Made by a program: the position numbers and the translations under genes. A stretch of 63,919 nt of DNA, counting the filler, from Octopus bimaculoides (Eukaryota), in NCBI RefSeq assembly GCF_001194135.2. It is 5 parts of 5 records of this genome, joined end to end, with 100 filler letters (N's around TTAATTAATTAA, not from the genome) between each part and the next. Parts side by side here need not be neighbours in the genome. Positions count along the whole stretch, not along the records: positions 1 to 27,335 come from NC_068984.1; 4 more parts are not named here. One strand, 5' to 3'. Below, one piece after another: positions 1 through 12,030 of this stretch. Positions within the stretch are counted from its first letter, which is position 1. Each line of letters begins with the position of its first letter. Below the pieces are notes generated by a model that saw only the letters and a list, made by a program, of their open reading frames with translations, did not search any database and was not told where the DNA came from.

Positions 1-350
1 TCATCTCTTAAATATAGAACTGTATTATCTAATCGGTACAGAGCCGACATTAGACTTCATTGGAGACATATAGAGAAACTCCATCAAAAACTAGCTCGTC
101 TTTCAAACCGTCTAACTTTCCTGTGTAGATGTAGAGACTCAAAGCTAATACCACCTGGCTTGAATATAATGACACCAGTGGATTCATATAAAGCTAGAAG
201 AGTAGCGGAAAGGGCAGCACATGCCCTTGTCCGTGAGAGGATCCATTACAACCGTTGGAAAAAAACATCAACTAAATAACGAAATCAAAGAGAGGCTATC
301 TTCTTTACTTAGAAAAATAACTAGAGATAACGACAGAAAGAGAATCCAAC
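1..350 (+). mobile_element. Penelope-like element, N-terminal ORF fragment (degenerate)
   Basis: Frame +1 reads ...LARLSNRLTFLCRCRDSKLIPPGLNIMTPVDSYKARRVAERAAHALVRERIHYNRWKK, then breaks. FLxRCRxxxLIPxGL followed by ARR...ALxRERI is the pattern I recall for the N-terminus of Penelope-like ORFs. Confidence 0.6.
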
Positions 351-366
351 AAGATCTAGGAAACTA

Positions 367-624
367 GGACAAAATCCACCCCCACCCCAGAGAGCAGCCG
401 ACCACCTACGGAAAAATTTCCCCCAGACAAAATGATCCGGATAAAATATTCCGGTAGTCAATATCCACTGGGATATTGTTCTCTCTTTACAATAAAAATA
501 TTCTAGGAAATTGAAATCTTATAAAAAAAAATTGTTAAAATATCTATTATTGATTAGAGCAATAATCATTTTCTCCAGGGAAGTTTTGTCCTCTAGCAAT
601 TTGGTCCTCGGTGGGATTTAGTCC
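367..624. repeat. Possible MITE with imperfect terminal inverted repeats
   Basis: GGACAAAATCCACC at 367-380 versus GGTGGGATTTAGTCC at 610-624; non-coding AT-rich interior; no clear target-site duplication (TSD). Confidence 0.3.
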
Positions 625-2258
625 AAATACCAGGTGTTACACGTGTGAATAATATTTGTTCCTGGTGTTTTACATGGTTGCAGATTTATCATTTTTGTGA
701 GTAAATTAAGGGGGGATGGCTTACGTTTATACCACCTTTCTAATCATACTTGACATCCTTGCTTATTGCACTATAGTGATTTCCAAGACTATTAAGTAAT
801 TAATAAATGTCTCATTATACAAGTTGTTCTATGTATATCATCATCATTGCATTGTTTCTTATAGCTATCTATAGCAGCATTGACTGTCCGGTGTCAATGA
901 CACGTTTACCGATATGCAATTTGAAAAGACCACCTCTTACATAGATATATAAGGGTGAATATTTCTATGAGCTATGTTGGGTACACTTGGTGTTCGTCTG
1001 GTATGTTGAATTTTGTTCGTTTTTTATGTGTCTTGATTAGAACGTGGATTATGTACACTAACTATGAAATCAGTCACAAGCAATACCGCAGAAAATTTGC
1101 GGTTTACTATCAGGGAGTGAATAATTATTACAATGAAAAGGGTAAAGGTTTATCAATTTATTAATTTATTAATAAATCAACAATTAATAATTTTTACCAA
1201 GCCCTTGCTTGTGACGCACATGGTAATTTCTTGAGGAAGAATGGTGGACTGGCTGGCCTGTGTAGGTTCGGTTGTGCTTTCAGGTTGTGCCGATGCATGA
1301 TGTTCACTCGTTCATGCATGCACAGTTTGCTAGCACCGTCGAATTTACAACTAGAATATCATACCGATGAAGGAAATGGAGTGTTATCGCGCATAATCCA
1401 GAAACGCNNNNNNNNNNNNNNNNNNNNNNNNNNNNNNNNNNNNNNNNNNNNNNNNNNNNNNNNNNNNNNNNNNNNNNNNNNNNNNNNNNNNNNNNNNNNN
1501 NNNNNNNNNNNNNNNNNNNNNNNNNNNNNNNNNNNNNNNNNNNNNNNNNNNNNNNNNNNNNNNNNNNNNNNNNNNNNNNNNNNNNNNNNNNNNNNNNNNN
1601 NNNNNNNNNNNNNNNNNNNNNNNNNNNNNNNNNNNNNNNNNNNNNNNNNNNNNNNNNNNNNNNNNNNNNNNNNNNNNNNNNNNNNNNNNNNNNNNNNNNN
1701 NNNNNNNNNNNNNNNNNNNNNNNNNNNNNNNNNNNNNNNNNNNNNNNNNNNNNNNNNNNNNNNNNNNNNNNNNNNNNNNNNNNNNNNNNNNNNNNNNNNN
1801 NNNNNNNNNNNNNNNNNNNNNNNNNNNNNNNNNNNNNNNNNNNNNNNNNNNNNNNNNNNNNNNNNNNNNNNNNNNNNNNNNNNNNNNNNNNNNNNNNNNN
1901 NNNNNNNNNNNNNNNNNNNNNNNNNNNNNNNNNNNNNNNNNNNNNNNNNNNNNNNNNNNNNNNNNNNNNNNNNNNNNNNNNNNNNNNNNNNNNNNNNNNN
2001 NNNNNNNNNNNNNNNNNNNNNNNNNNNNNNNNNNNNNNNNNNNNNNNNNNNNNNNNNNNNNNNNNNNNNNNNNNNNNNNNNNNNNNNNNNNNNNNNNNNN
2101 NNNNNNNNNNNNNNNNNNNNNNNNNNNNNNNNNNNNNNNNNNNNNNNNNNNNNNNNNNNNNNNNNNNNNNNNNNNNNNNNNNNNNNNNNNNNNNNNNNNN
2201 NNNNNNNNNNNNNNNNNNNNNNNNNNNNNNNNNNNNNNNNNNNNNNNNNNNNTAGACC

Positions 2259-3511
2259 TATCAGGTTATCCCATAAGTTCAGTCTGATTTTACCTTTTTT
2301 AAAATTCAATGAAATTTAAAAACATTTTAGAATGTCTAATGGAATTAAAAAAATATTTTTATGCATTTGTGTACAATATTATTTTACAGAATAATAGAAT
2401 AAAAATGACTTTGATTAAAATCCTTTCTAACATGGAAGTATCCAAAGAGCATTTGAGGCACATAATGCATTATGAGTACAAAAAAGGAAACTGCAGCCGA
2501 AACGACTCAAAACATACACTCAATTTATGGGTAAGAATGCTTGAATGAAAGAACTTGCAGAAAATGGTTTGCAAAACTCAGAAGTAGAGATTTCAGCCTT
2601 GAAGATGAAAATCGAACAGGACGTCCAGTTCAGTTTGATGATTAGCTCCTTGAGACATTACTTGAAACAAATCCTGCATTATCAGTTGAAGAATTGGCAA
2701 TAAAGCTTAGTTCAAACCATACAATTGTTCATCGTCATCTTCAACAACTTGGAAAGATTCCTAAACTTGGAAAATGTGTGCCTCATGAATTGTCCGAAAG
2801 CAACTGCAAATCCTGCGTTGACATCTGCTCTTCTCTCCCTTCTTGTGAACTCATTTGACCTTTTTTGGATAGACTTGTGACTGGTGACGAAAATGGATGT
2901 TCTATCAAAATGTTAAACGTCATAAACAGTGGCTTGGTAAAAGGGAAAAAGCTCAACCACAACCGAGAAGGGAACTTCATGGGAAAAAGGTTCTTCTCTC
3001 TATGTGGTGGGATTGCAAAGGAGTATTTCACTTTGAATTGTTAACACCTAATCCAACAATCAGTGCTCCAGTCTACTGTCAGCGATTAGAGCGTTTGAAC
3101 CAAGCTTTGAAGAAAAAAAGAACCGCTTTAGTGAATCGAAAAGGATTGAGGTTTCCTGAGGACAGTGTGCGACCTCACACTGCAAAGATCACATCACAGA
3201 AGATCGAAGAGCTTGGTTGGGAAAAAATTACTCATTCACCTTATTCTAACGACCTTGCTCCTTCAGACTACCATTTGTTTCATAGCTTACAGAATCATTT
3301 GGGGGACATAGCTTTCGCCAGCCAGGATGAGATTGAAACTGACTTTCAAAGCTCTTCGCATTGAAACCAAAAGAGTTTTACATTGATGGGATTAAAATAG
3401 ATGGAAGGAAGTCATAGATAATCAGGTAAAGTGCATTTCAATTAAATATAACATTTGATCACTTGTTTTCTTTATTCAAAATTCGGACAGAACTTATGGA
3501 ATGATCTGATA
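2259..3511 (+). mobile_element. Full-length mariner transposon (about 1.25 kb), inactive
   Basis: Left end TA-TCAGGTTATCCCATAAGTTCAGTCTGATTTT (from 2259) matches the reverse complement of the right end AAATTCGGACAGAACTTATGGAATGATCTGA-TA (to 3511). TA flanks both ends and transposase remnants lie inside. Confidence 0.95.
2432..3450 (+). pseudogene. Mariner D,D34D transposase pseudogene
   Basis: MEVSKEHLRHIM..., FSLEDENRTGRPV, CVPHELS (WVPHEL-like), LVTGDEKW, WWDCKGV, EDSVRPH and YSNDLAPSDY. 34 residues lie between the second and third catalytic Asp. Frameshifts and stops in the 5' half. Confidence 0.92.
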
Positions 3512-4561
3512 CTTCTTATTCCGTCACCTGATTATATCTGTACATTTGAACCATATATATAAGATTACATTTGATATGTTTTCCTTCAATTCGAGATTAC
3601 ATCTTTGGTTTTTCATGCCGTATGTATGCATAAATTTACTTACAGCATATGCTGCACAGAAGACAATACTTTCTTGAGTGTATTTTACACATATGGGTGT
3701 GAATATATGAAAATAAGTGTGTGTTTGTCGTATGACGATTGACTGGATGTTAAACGTTTCCCAACGTTGTTCTGTTTTCACGAATGCTATTTGATTACAT
3801 ACAGGCATGCTGCCTCCTTGTTGCAATCCTTTGAAATCTCGGTTACGATTGAAGAACACGCAAACACACCGACACAAATATGTATTATGTATCTGTGAGT
3901 TTTGTGTATGTGTTTGCGCGCGTTAGTGTGTGAGTGTGTACTTAAAACGAGCAAAAATTTTGAATAACAAATGTAAATAAAATGACTCCTTCGATATGTT
4001 AAAACGTTTTTTTGACCCGGTGCATTTAATTTATATAGCAATTATACACGCTATATTTATCCATTGTATATATTAGCACTGGCGTCGTTGTGACACGTTC
4101 TTATCGACAGGGCTCGCTTGTTTACGCGTCAGAACTTTGTTTGTCATTTAGTTCTCTTTTTTGCTTTTCTATTCAATTTTGTGATACATATATATNNNNN
4201 NNNNNNNNNNNNNNNNNNNNNNNNNNNNNNNNNNNNNNNNNNNNNNNNNNNNNNNNNNNNNNNNNNNNNNNNNNNNNNNNNNNNNNNNNNNNNNNNNNNN
4301 NNNNNNNNNNNNNNNNNNNNNNNNNNNNNNNNNNNNNNNNNNNNNNNNNNNNNNNNNNNNNNNNNNNNNNNNNNNNNNNNNNNNNNNNNNNNNNNNNNNN
4401 NNNNNNNNNNNNNNNNNNNNNNNNNNNNNNNNNNNNNNNNNNNNNNNNNNNNNNNNNNNNNNNNNNNNNNNNNNNNNNNNNNNNNNNNNNNNNNNNNNNN
4501 NNNNNNNNNNNNNNNNNNNNNNNNNNNNNNNNNNNNNNNNNNNNNNNNNNNNNNNNNNNNN

Positions 4562-4564
4562 NTA

Positions 4565-4609
<45 letters not shown>

Positions 4610-4643
4610 CATCATCATTATTATTATTATTATTATTATTATT
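4562..4643. repeat. (ATT)n microsatellite with short (CAT)n interruption
   Basis: Directly visible; abuts an N gap. Confidence 0.95.
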
Positions 4644-5039
4644 AAGTTTTATTCGAAAAAAAAATAAAGTAAGAGACTGGAACTGAATGTTCAGAAAATT
4701 GTTCCATCTCTAAGAATGAATGTAATGATAGGGAGACAGAAAAAAAAATTGATAAAGATTAATAGAATGAAGTAAGCATACCAATCATAACAAAAGGAAG
4801 AAATGTTCCCTCGAGTGAACGAAGAAGCTACTAGCAGAGCATATACAGAAACTTCTACATCATTATTCAACTGCTATGAACGTTAACCATGTCTCTCTCA
4901 AATTACACTCAACTGACAAAATAACAACGAAAAAGTATCAAGTTTAGTCCCAATGTCCAGCACCTTCAGCAAGTTTCTTCTAATACAGTACTGGGCCCCT
5001 TAACGATTTGGTAGGCAGAAAATCGTAGGAAAACCGTCG

Positions 5040-5259
5040 CGCGTGCGTGTTTGTGTATGTGCGTGTGCGTGTACATACATACATACACACAATCATACTT
5101 ACCAACACTTATATATATTTAGATAAATATAATGTATATATATATGTATACATATGCACAAACATACGTATATGCGCATATATATACATATATATGCATA
5201 CACACACATATATATACATACACACGCATATATATGCATATGCACGCATGTATATACAT

Positions 5260-5325
<66 letters not shown>

Positions 5326-5380
5326 TTACACACACATATTAATGTATGCATGCGTGTAAATGTATGTGTCATTGTGTATG
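5040..5380. repeat. (TA)n / (CA)n low-complexity tract
   Basis: Directly visible; source of the YIYIYI pseudo-ORFs. Confidence 0.95.
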
Positions 5381-5384
5381 TGTC

Positions 5385-5578
5385 AGTATTCCATCATCCC
5401 TGGACAACAGATGTTGGTTCGTTGTTGTCTCCGTAAGCTAACGTTTCGGCAAAAGCGAACGATAGAATACACATCAAACTAAAATCCTAAGTACTCGTGT
5501 CCATTTATTCAGCTACACCCTTTAAGGTAGTGCCTCAGCATGGCCACAGTGCAATAACTGAAACACGTAAAAGGTAAA
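5385..5578 (+). mobile_element. SINE family A, core and tail (diverged)
   Basis: GACAACAGATGTTGG...CGGCAAAAG...GATAGAATA...GTGCCTCAGCATGGCCACAGT...ACTGAAAC matches the copies at 14447-14825 and 61975-62190. Confidence 0.75.
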
Positions 5579-5706
5579 ATGAATGGATAAAACTTGATCG
5601 GTGAGAATTAATTTAGAGTTACAGAGATGTACTTGCATAGCAGATGACTTAATCTGAGATCGTGTGCTGAAACAAAAATAATTGTAGCGTGGAAGATGTT
5701 TATAAA

Positions 5707-5854
5707 CCATTTGAAAACACACAAAACACCATTAGATTCACTTCAACATTTAAAATCGCGACCGGTTCATTGACAAAACTTCGCACATATTTTGACACGT
5801 ACTAAATCTTAATGTTGAAGTGAATCTAACGGTTTTTTGTGTGTTTTTAAATGG
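5707..5854. repeat. Inverted repeat, about 47-bp arms with about 55-bp spacer
   Basis: CCATTTGAAAACACACAAAACACCATTAGATTCACTTCAACATTTAA (5707-5753) versus TTAATGTTGAAGTGAATCTAACGGTTTTTTGTGTGTTTTTAAATGG (5809-5854). Confidence 0.9.
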
Positions 5855-7026
5855 CGTAAAAACACATTCCCCTCCTGAAATTGTTTAATTTAGAGTTAAA
5901 CGGCGATAAGAATATAAATACATAAAAAGGAAAAACTATCTACAACTAATTCCAGAGCTAAGTCAAATTTAATGGAATCATTTACGCAGGTGTTCATCCT
6001 GTTAAAAATGCCAAATCCAACCGTGACTGCTTAAAAAAGTGTACGAAACATAGGGTGTAGCACACTTTAGAGAGACATTACCTTTAAAAAAAACCAATAA
6101 AGGGTGTTCAATCAGGGTAATACTGAAGGAAAACAACAACAGCTACAGTCACAGTAAAATCAACCACAACCGAAGGAGTATTTTTTCTAACGTTATGCTT
6201 TTGTTCAGGACACTGCTGGCAAAGAATACAGCAGCATAAGCAACAACAATAGCTACTACTACTACTACTACTACTGGTGCTGCTACTGCTGCTGCTGCCG
6301 TCGCCATCACTGTGTTATTGCTGTGCTATTGCCGCTGCCGTTGCTACAGACGCATGCAATCACAGCAACAATTACGAACACAGCGATATCGGACAGAGCA
6401 TCCGGTTAATGTATATCTTTTTCGACAGTTCTGTCTGATTCTTATAACATTTGTTTTGGTTTACTGTCCCCGTTAAAGCAGGCGCAGACCTGGATGGTAG
6501 GTAAAGGTGCTAATGGGTAGGAGATTGATCGTACCGTCGAAGGTATTGGTAGTGTGGTTTGTTGGCTGCTTAGTTAAGTAAGATATATCTTTGTAAATAT
6601 TTTCTACTGAAGAAAATAACATTCAACTTTCCAGCTGTCGACAAACGTTTTAATTTACCACTTGAGCTTTTAACACGAGAGCTGCTAAGCTTCAAAAGGA
6701 AAATAACTGTCACTCAACACTCTCTAACGTAAAAAAGAAAGGCAAGTAAAAAAACAAAAAACACTTGTAACAAGGACGAGACAGTCCTGTAAGATATAGG
6801 TTCGTACTGAGAGTAAGAATTTCTAACATTCCCAAGTCATATATTTTGAGGAGAAAAGTACTGTCAATTACACCTATCGCAATACTACACTGGTAATTAT
6901 TCTGTCGTGGTTAGATTGAAGAAAGGCGCAATTGACGAAACGGGATTTGAACGTACAAAAATTAAATACTTGTTTTAAATTTTGGCATAATGTCAGTAAT
7001 TTCGTGGGCGGTGGGGGGGGGGGGAG

Positions 7027-7380
7027 GTAAGTCAACTATATCCCAGTCTTCGACTGGCATTTATGTTATCCTCTTCGAAAGGACGAAAGGTAAAGTCGAC
7101 TTCGGACGAAATGCTGCTAAATATTTTGCCCAGCGCAGTAACGATTCTGCCAGCTTGCAGCAGAGATGAAAATAAATATTGATTTAAAATGTTTGCGTAA
7201 CTCCAGTAATTTAAGGACGGGGCTAATTCGATTACATACTGACCCCATTGTTCAATTGGTATTTATGTTGTCGTCCCTGAAAGGATGAAAAGCAAAGTCA
7301 ACCTCGGTGGCATTTGAACTCAGGACGTAAAGACGTAGAACGTGCCGCTAAGCATTTTTATCTGTCGTGGTAACGATTGT
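7027..7380 (-). mobile_element. Two adjacent SINE family B copies
   Basis: Reverse complement of the family-B head and core (GAAAGGATGAAAAGCAAAGTCAACCTCGG, AACGATTCTGCCAGC), present at about 7027-7160 and 7225-7380. Confidence 0.75.
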
Positions 7381-7429
7381 CAATCAATTGTCTAGATGAT
7401 ACTAAATATTTCAAGGTGTGACCATGCTT

Positions 7430-7700
7430 TAAGAAACAAGAGATCAAAAACCGCTTGATGTGCCCGCTTGGCAGGGGTGCTACATGACAACAAAACTACA
7501 ATTTGATCAGTGGTGGACCGAAATAGGCACATGGTACTCGAGCACGAAGAGGTGGGTGCGGCGTTTCAGCAGCACTCCGCTGAACTGTTTGGGACGAACG
7601 GCAGTCCGGAACGAAGGATGGTTTTCAATTCCTACCCAGAAAGCCCGCCACATGACTCGCAGCAATGGAAGCGCAGCGTTATTAAAGACCTATAACAGCC
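7430..7700 (+). mobile_element. Possible L1/Tx1-like ORF2 linker fragment
   Basis: SVVDRNRHMVLEHEEVGAAFQQHSAELFG resembles the pre-RT linker pattern (DxxG...EEI..xF..xF..LF) of L1/Tx1 ORF2. Short and degenerate. Confidence 0.35.
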
Positions 7701-8072
7701 GCAGAAACACGAGATATCATATTCGGCTACCTCCTAGAAATTTTATTGCAAGGTGGGTGAGTGCAGCAAGAATGAACAGAGTAAACGTGTCTACTCTTAA
7801 CATGTGCTTGTAGATTAAAAGACGATGCGGAGAGGGTACTTGTCCCTGTAGTGTAAGCGACCGTGGTCTTGTGGAGTTTGCACGAACAGTCCTTAGAAAT
7901 CCCCCGCTTCTGGGGAATTTTTCGTACCACAATCTATATTGTTATCTTGCTTTTTTTTTTGTTTTCTTGCTGTTTACACGCTTGAAATTATGTAATCCCA
8001 CATTGTATTGATTGTATTGTTCTTTACTGAGCGTACTGTTGTTTGTGACCTTTCGTTGTTAATAAAGAAAAC

Positions 8073-8545
8073 ATTATTATTATTATTATTATTGTTCAGT
8101 AGTTTTATTTTTATAACGTGCTTTCACTTCACTACTGAGCGCAGCTCTGTGCGCCTTGGGTATGTGCTGTGGTTTGCTGTGATACTCTTATGGTTACTGT
8201 ATTGAAGTGTTTTGTGTAGGATGTGTGCAGTGCCCAGTAGTGCAATTTTCTGTATGTTGTATATATTTGTAAGTCCTGGTGTTTTTGTTATGTATTTGTC
8301 TGAATATTTTTTTATTATACCTAAGGCATCTACTATGATAGGAGTTGTTTCTGTTTTTAGATTCCACATTCGAGTTACCTCTATTTCCAGGTCTTTGTAT
8401 TTTGAAAGTTTTTCCATTTCTTTTAGGGAAACGTTGTCATCTGCTGGTATTGATACATCAATTAGAAAGCATTTTTTTTCGTCATGATCTTTGACAACTA
8501 TATCTGGTCTATTTGCCTTAATTTCTCTATCTGTGTGTATTGGTA
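8073..8545 (-). mobile_element. R4/Dong-like REL non-LTR retrotransposon family A, 5'-truncated 3' end
   Basis: ILWDIPIHTDREIKANRPDIVVKDHDEKKCFLIDVSIPADDNVSLKEMEKLSKYKDLEIEVTRMW...QKIALLGTAHIL contains the PD-D restriction-like endonuclease motif. The 3' UTR ends ACTACTGAAC(AAT)n and an (AAT)n tract also lies at the 5' junction. Confidence 0.85.
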
Positions 8546-8564
8546 TATCCCAGAGTATGGTTGC

Positions 8565-8632
<68 letters not shown>

Positions 8633-9454
8633 GTTAAGTCAGCGAACTGTCAGAAGCGTTAGCGCGCCGGGCAAATTGTTTAGCAGTATTTCGTCTGCTG
8701 CTTCATTCTGAATTCAAATTCTATCGAGGTTGATTTTGCTTTTCCTCCATTCGTTGTCGATAAATTAAGTACCAGTCAAATACTGGGATCAATGTAATCG
8801 ACACATGCCTTCCCTCGAAATAGCTGCCCTAGTGGCAAAATTTGAAACCATTATTATTATCATTATCGTAATGCCTGTGGCTCCCTTCCGAGTTCAAATT
8901 TCGCTGAGGTCGACTTGCCCTTCATCCTTTTCGGGTTCGATAAAATAAGTAGCAATGAAAGATTGGGGGTCGATGCAATCGACTCCCCAAAATTACTGTC
9001 TTTGTGTCAAAATTTTAAACCACCATCATTATTATTATTATTATTATTGTTTGGCTCAGTTTCGGCTTTATTCTTGGTAGGAATTATGTGGGTAGCGGGT
9101 TACTACCTGTAATCTTAGATACCTAAGGGTTTTTAGCAGTCTTTCAAGTGTTTAGAACCCTCCTGATAATCCTTGCTGTCGTACGAGACTAACTTTCTCT
9201 AGGAGCTCTACCGAGCATTCTATTTCAATCTCCTTCAGCCATTTGTCTACATCTTTGCTTATTTTTCGCAACGCACCAATTATTAAAGGCACAAACTTTA
9301 CTGTTAGCAAGTTCCAAATTCTTCCTATTTCAAATTTTAAGAGATTTCATGTTTTTTCTTCCCCTTTCTTTACGATCCTGCAATCAAACGGGTATGATCG
9401 GTCGACAAGTAAGCAAGTTCATTTTTCTTCTATCTATAATCGTTATGTCTCGTC

Positions 9455-9512
<58 letters not shown>

Positions 9513-9681
9513 TTTATTTTATTTTTTTTTCCAAATTTTCATCCATTTCTCAATTGTCGCCGGGGTTGAATATGCGTTTTATCCTTGCAGTGTCGATAAA
9601 ATAAATACTAATTGAGTACTGAGAACGATGTCATCGACGTCCACCTCCCACACATTTCAGGCCTTTGCTATAATACAAAGG

Positions 9682-9753
<72 letters not shown>

Positions 9754-9985
9754 TTTATTATCATCCTTAGTGCTGATGCAAGGCGCTGAGCTAGCAGAAC
9801 CATTAGCATCCCGGACGAAATGCCTTGAACATTTCGTCCGTATTTACGTTCTTAATTCCGAAGTCGACTTTACTTTGATCATCTTAGAAACGATAAATTA
9901 TGTACCAGTTAAACACTGGAGTGGATGTAATGGACTTATCTCATTCTCCGATAAAGTTTTGTGCCAAAATTTGAAACTAATATTA
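8546..9985 (+). mobile_element. Cluster of four same-orientation SINE family B copies interleaved with (ATT)n arrays
   Basis: Copies at about 8636-8850, 8885-9025, 9556-9685 and 9778-9985 share GAGGTCGACTTTGCCTTTCATCCTTTCGGGGTCGATAAAATAAGTACC-like cores. (ATT)n tracts at about 8546-8631, 9447-9512 and 9684-9755. Confidence 0.85.
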
Positions 9986-10380
9986 TCATGATTTTCGGTT
10001 ATTATGATATTCGGTTCGAGAAACTCAGTGTTGTGTTAAAACTTAATAGCAAGCTGGTCTTTTTGGCAGTAAAATTTCAATCTGTTGTACATGTCCTCTT
10101 TTTGTGTAGTTACTTGTAACATGGAACTTGTAATCGAAATAGCAACCAAAACGCCATCTATTTATTCCTAAAGAAAATTTGTCGCTACTTTAATGATATA
10201 GATTTAGATAAGTATTGAAGATGACAGGATGAAAGTATAAGTCATTCCTTTGATCATAAGTATCCTTTATGAGCACTGAACTGGCACTAGTCAATAACTT
10301 ATCATTTGTCTTTTACATTTTAGTCACTAGACTGTGACGATACTAGAGAATTTCCATGAAGAATTCTATCGAAGGAATCG

Positions 10381-10508
10381 ACCTCAGAACTTATATTTTC
10401 AAAGCTTGGTGTAAATTCTATCGGTCTCCTCGGCGGAACCAGTGGCTTACAAGGACATAAACACACCAACACATTTCGTCATGCGGTGTTGGGAACAAAC
10501 ACAGAGAG

Positions 10509-10592
<84 letters not shown>

Positions 10593-10876
10593 ACACACAC
10601 ACACTAATACATATCTATACGTGCATACATGTATACATACACACACACACACACACATATATGCATACATACATATGCACACACATACATATACACACTC
10701 ACACGCACATTCGTACCAGACTTCTTTCAGTTTCCGTTCCCCCCAATCCACTCACAAGGCCCTGGTCCGCCCGTGGTCATATTGGAAGAGACATACCCAG
10801 GGTGACATCCAATGGGAGTGAACACGAAACCATGTTTTTGAGGATGCAAAATTACTACCACACAGCTGTGCTGGCG
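10381..10876 (-). mobile_element. SINE family A copy with internal (AC)n microsatellite
   Basis: tRNA-like head (reverse of ...CCACACAGCTGTGC), TTCTTTCAGTTTCCG-CAATCCACTCACAAGGC segment, long (AC)n and core. Confidence 0.8.
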
Positions 10877-11954
10877 TCTTGTGATTTCCATATTTTTGGT
10901 TAACAGCGAGATAGAAAAAGATGGTATACCTCAGGCTTACATTCTCTTGACACGTTAGATTAAGAGATGAAATCCGTTAGGATTCATTTCGTTTTCATTA
11001 AATATTAATGCATAATAACTTACAGAAATATCATTTTTGATTTTGAAGAAATAAAATAAAAGCGTATCTGCAAATTAATCTCTGAACGTAAATGACATTG
11101 CCCTCCACTGTGGTATATTGATTAAATTAACAAACCTCATAGTTAATAATAGATCTTTAATATCTTTTAGCTCCAAGGAATACAGTATAGAAGCAGAATG
11201 GTTATTTTAGGTAGCTAGTTGTGTGTTGGGTAATTAACTGTGTTTGCTATGCAGCTAACTGTGTACTGGTTAAGTACGTCGTATATAAATAGGTGGAGAG
11301 CAAAGAGGAGCAAATCAAGCCAGCAGTTCGTTACCTCTCACCTACGCTGTGTTGTATCCATGAGACACGATCTTTAACTTTCAACAGTCGACTCAATTAA
11401 TCTCTTAATCAGTCTTAGGGTAATATAGCCTCCTGCTATAAGCAGCGATAGCACTGTAGAATTAGTGACTTCACCGATTCATTGTTTGACAGCGTCGTAT
11501 TTACTTTTCAGGTGATCAATGTTATCTGCGATACACAACCACCTTCTCATTATGAGAGATGTCTCTTTATCATATAAACTAAGCATCACGAGTCTAGTGA
11601 TTCTTAAGGAAATATAATTAGATGTAAGGGATTCGTGGAGTGACAGAAATTTTCCGGAAAATAAATCTATGTAGAAGCGAAACTACAAAGCACGTTTGCG
11701 TCAGTAAGCGAATTTGTTACGTGCATTGACGTAGTGAATGAGGCATTGTCCTATTCTTGTGGTTTCCAGCTGTGGTTGAAAGGCTGTTACAAGGATGAAT
11801 AACATTTCAGTAGTAATCCAGCGAAATATGAAGAATTACTAGCAATTTGAAATTTATTTTTATTTACTGATATTACTTAACTTTCAGAGGTGTACAAGTA
11901 CAATAATAATAATTTACTCTTTACAAATACGATAGCCTTTTGTTCTTTATTGAC

Positions 11955-12030
11955 TAGCGCAGCTCGTATGAAACAGTTTCAATCTACGTTGTTAGCGCAG
12001 TTCATATGAGATCGTTTAAATCTACGTTGT
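11955..12030. repeat. Two-unit 38-bp tandem repeat
   Basis: TAGCGCAGCTCGTATGAAACAGTTTCAATCTACGTTGT followed by TAGCGCAGTTCATATGAGATCGTTTAAATCTACGTTGT. Confidence 0.9.

Noticed and set aside
640-1230. Possible degenerate GIY-YIG (HIGK...) on the minus strand
   Set aside because: Too many stops and frameshifts to support any family.
1231-2319. Long ORFs of 230-400 aa (also near 29390, 41596 and 58521)
   Set aside because: They are mostly N gaps translated as X.
5047-5436. YIYIYI, HTHTHT, CVCVCV, LLLL and IIII ORFs throughout the window
   Set aside because: Microsatellite read-through, not genes.
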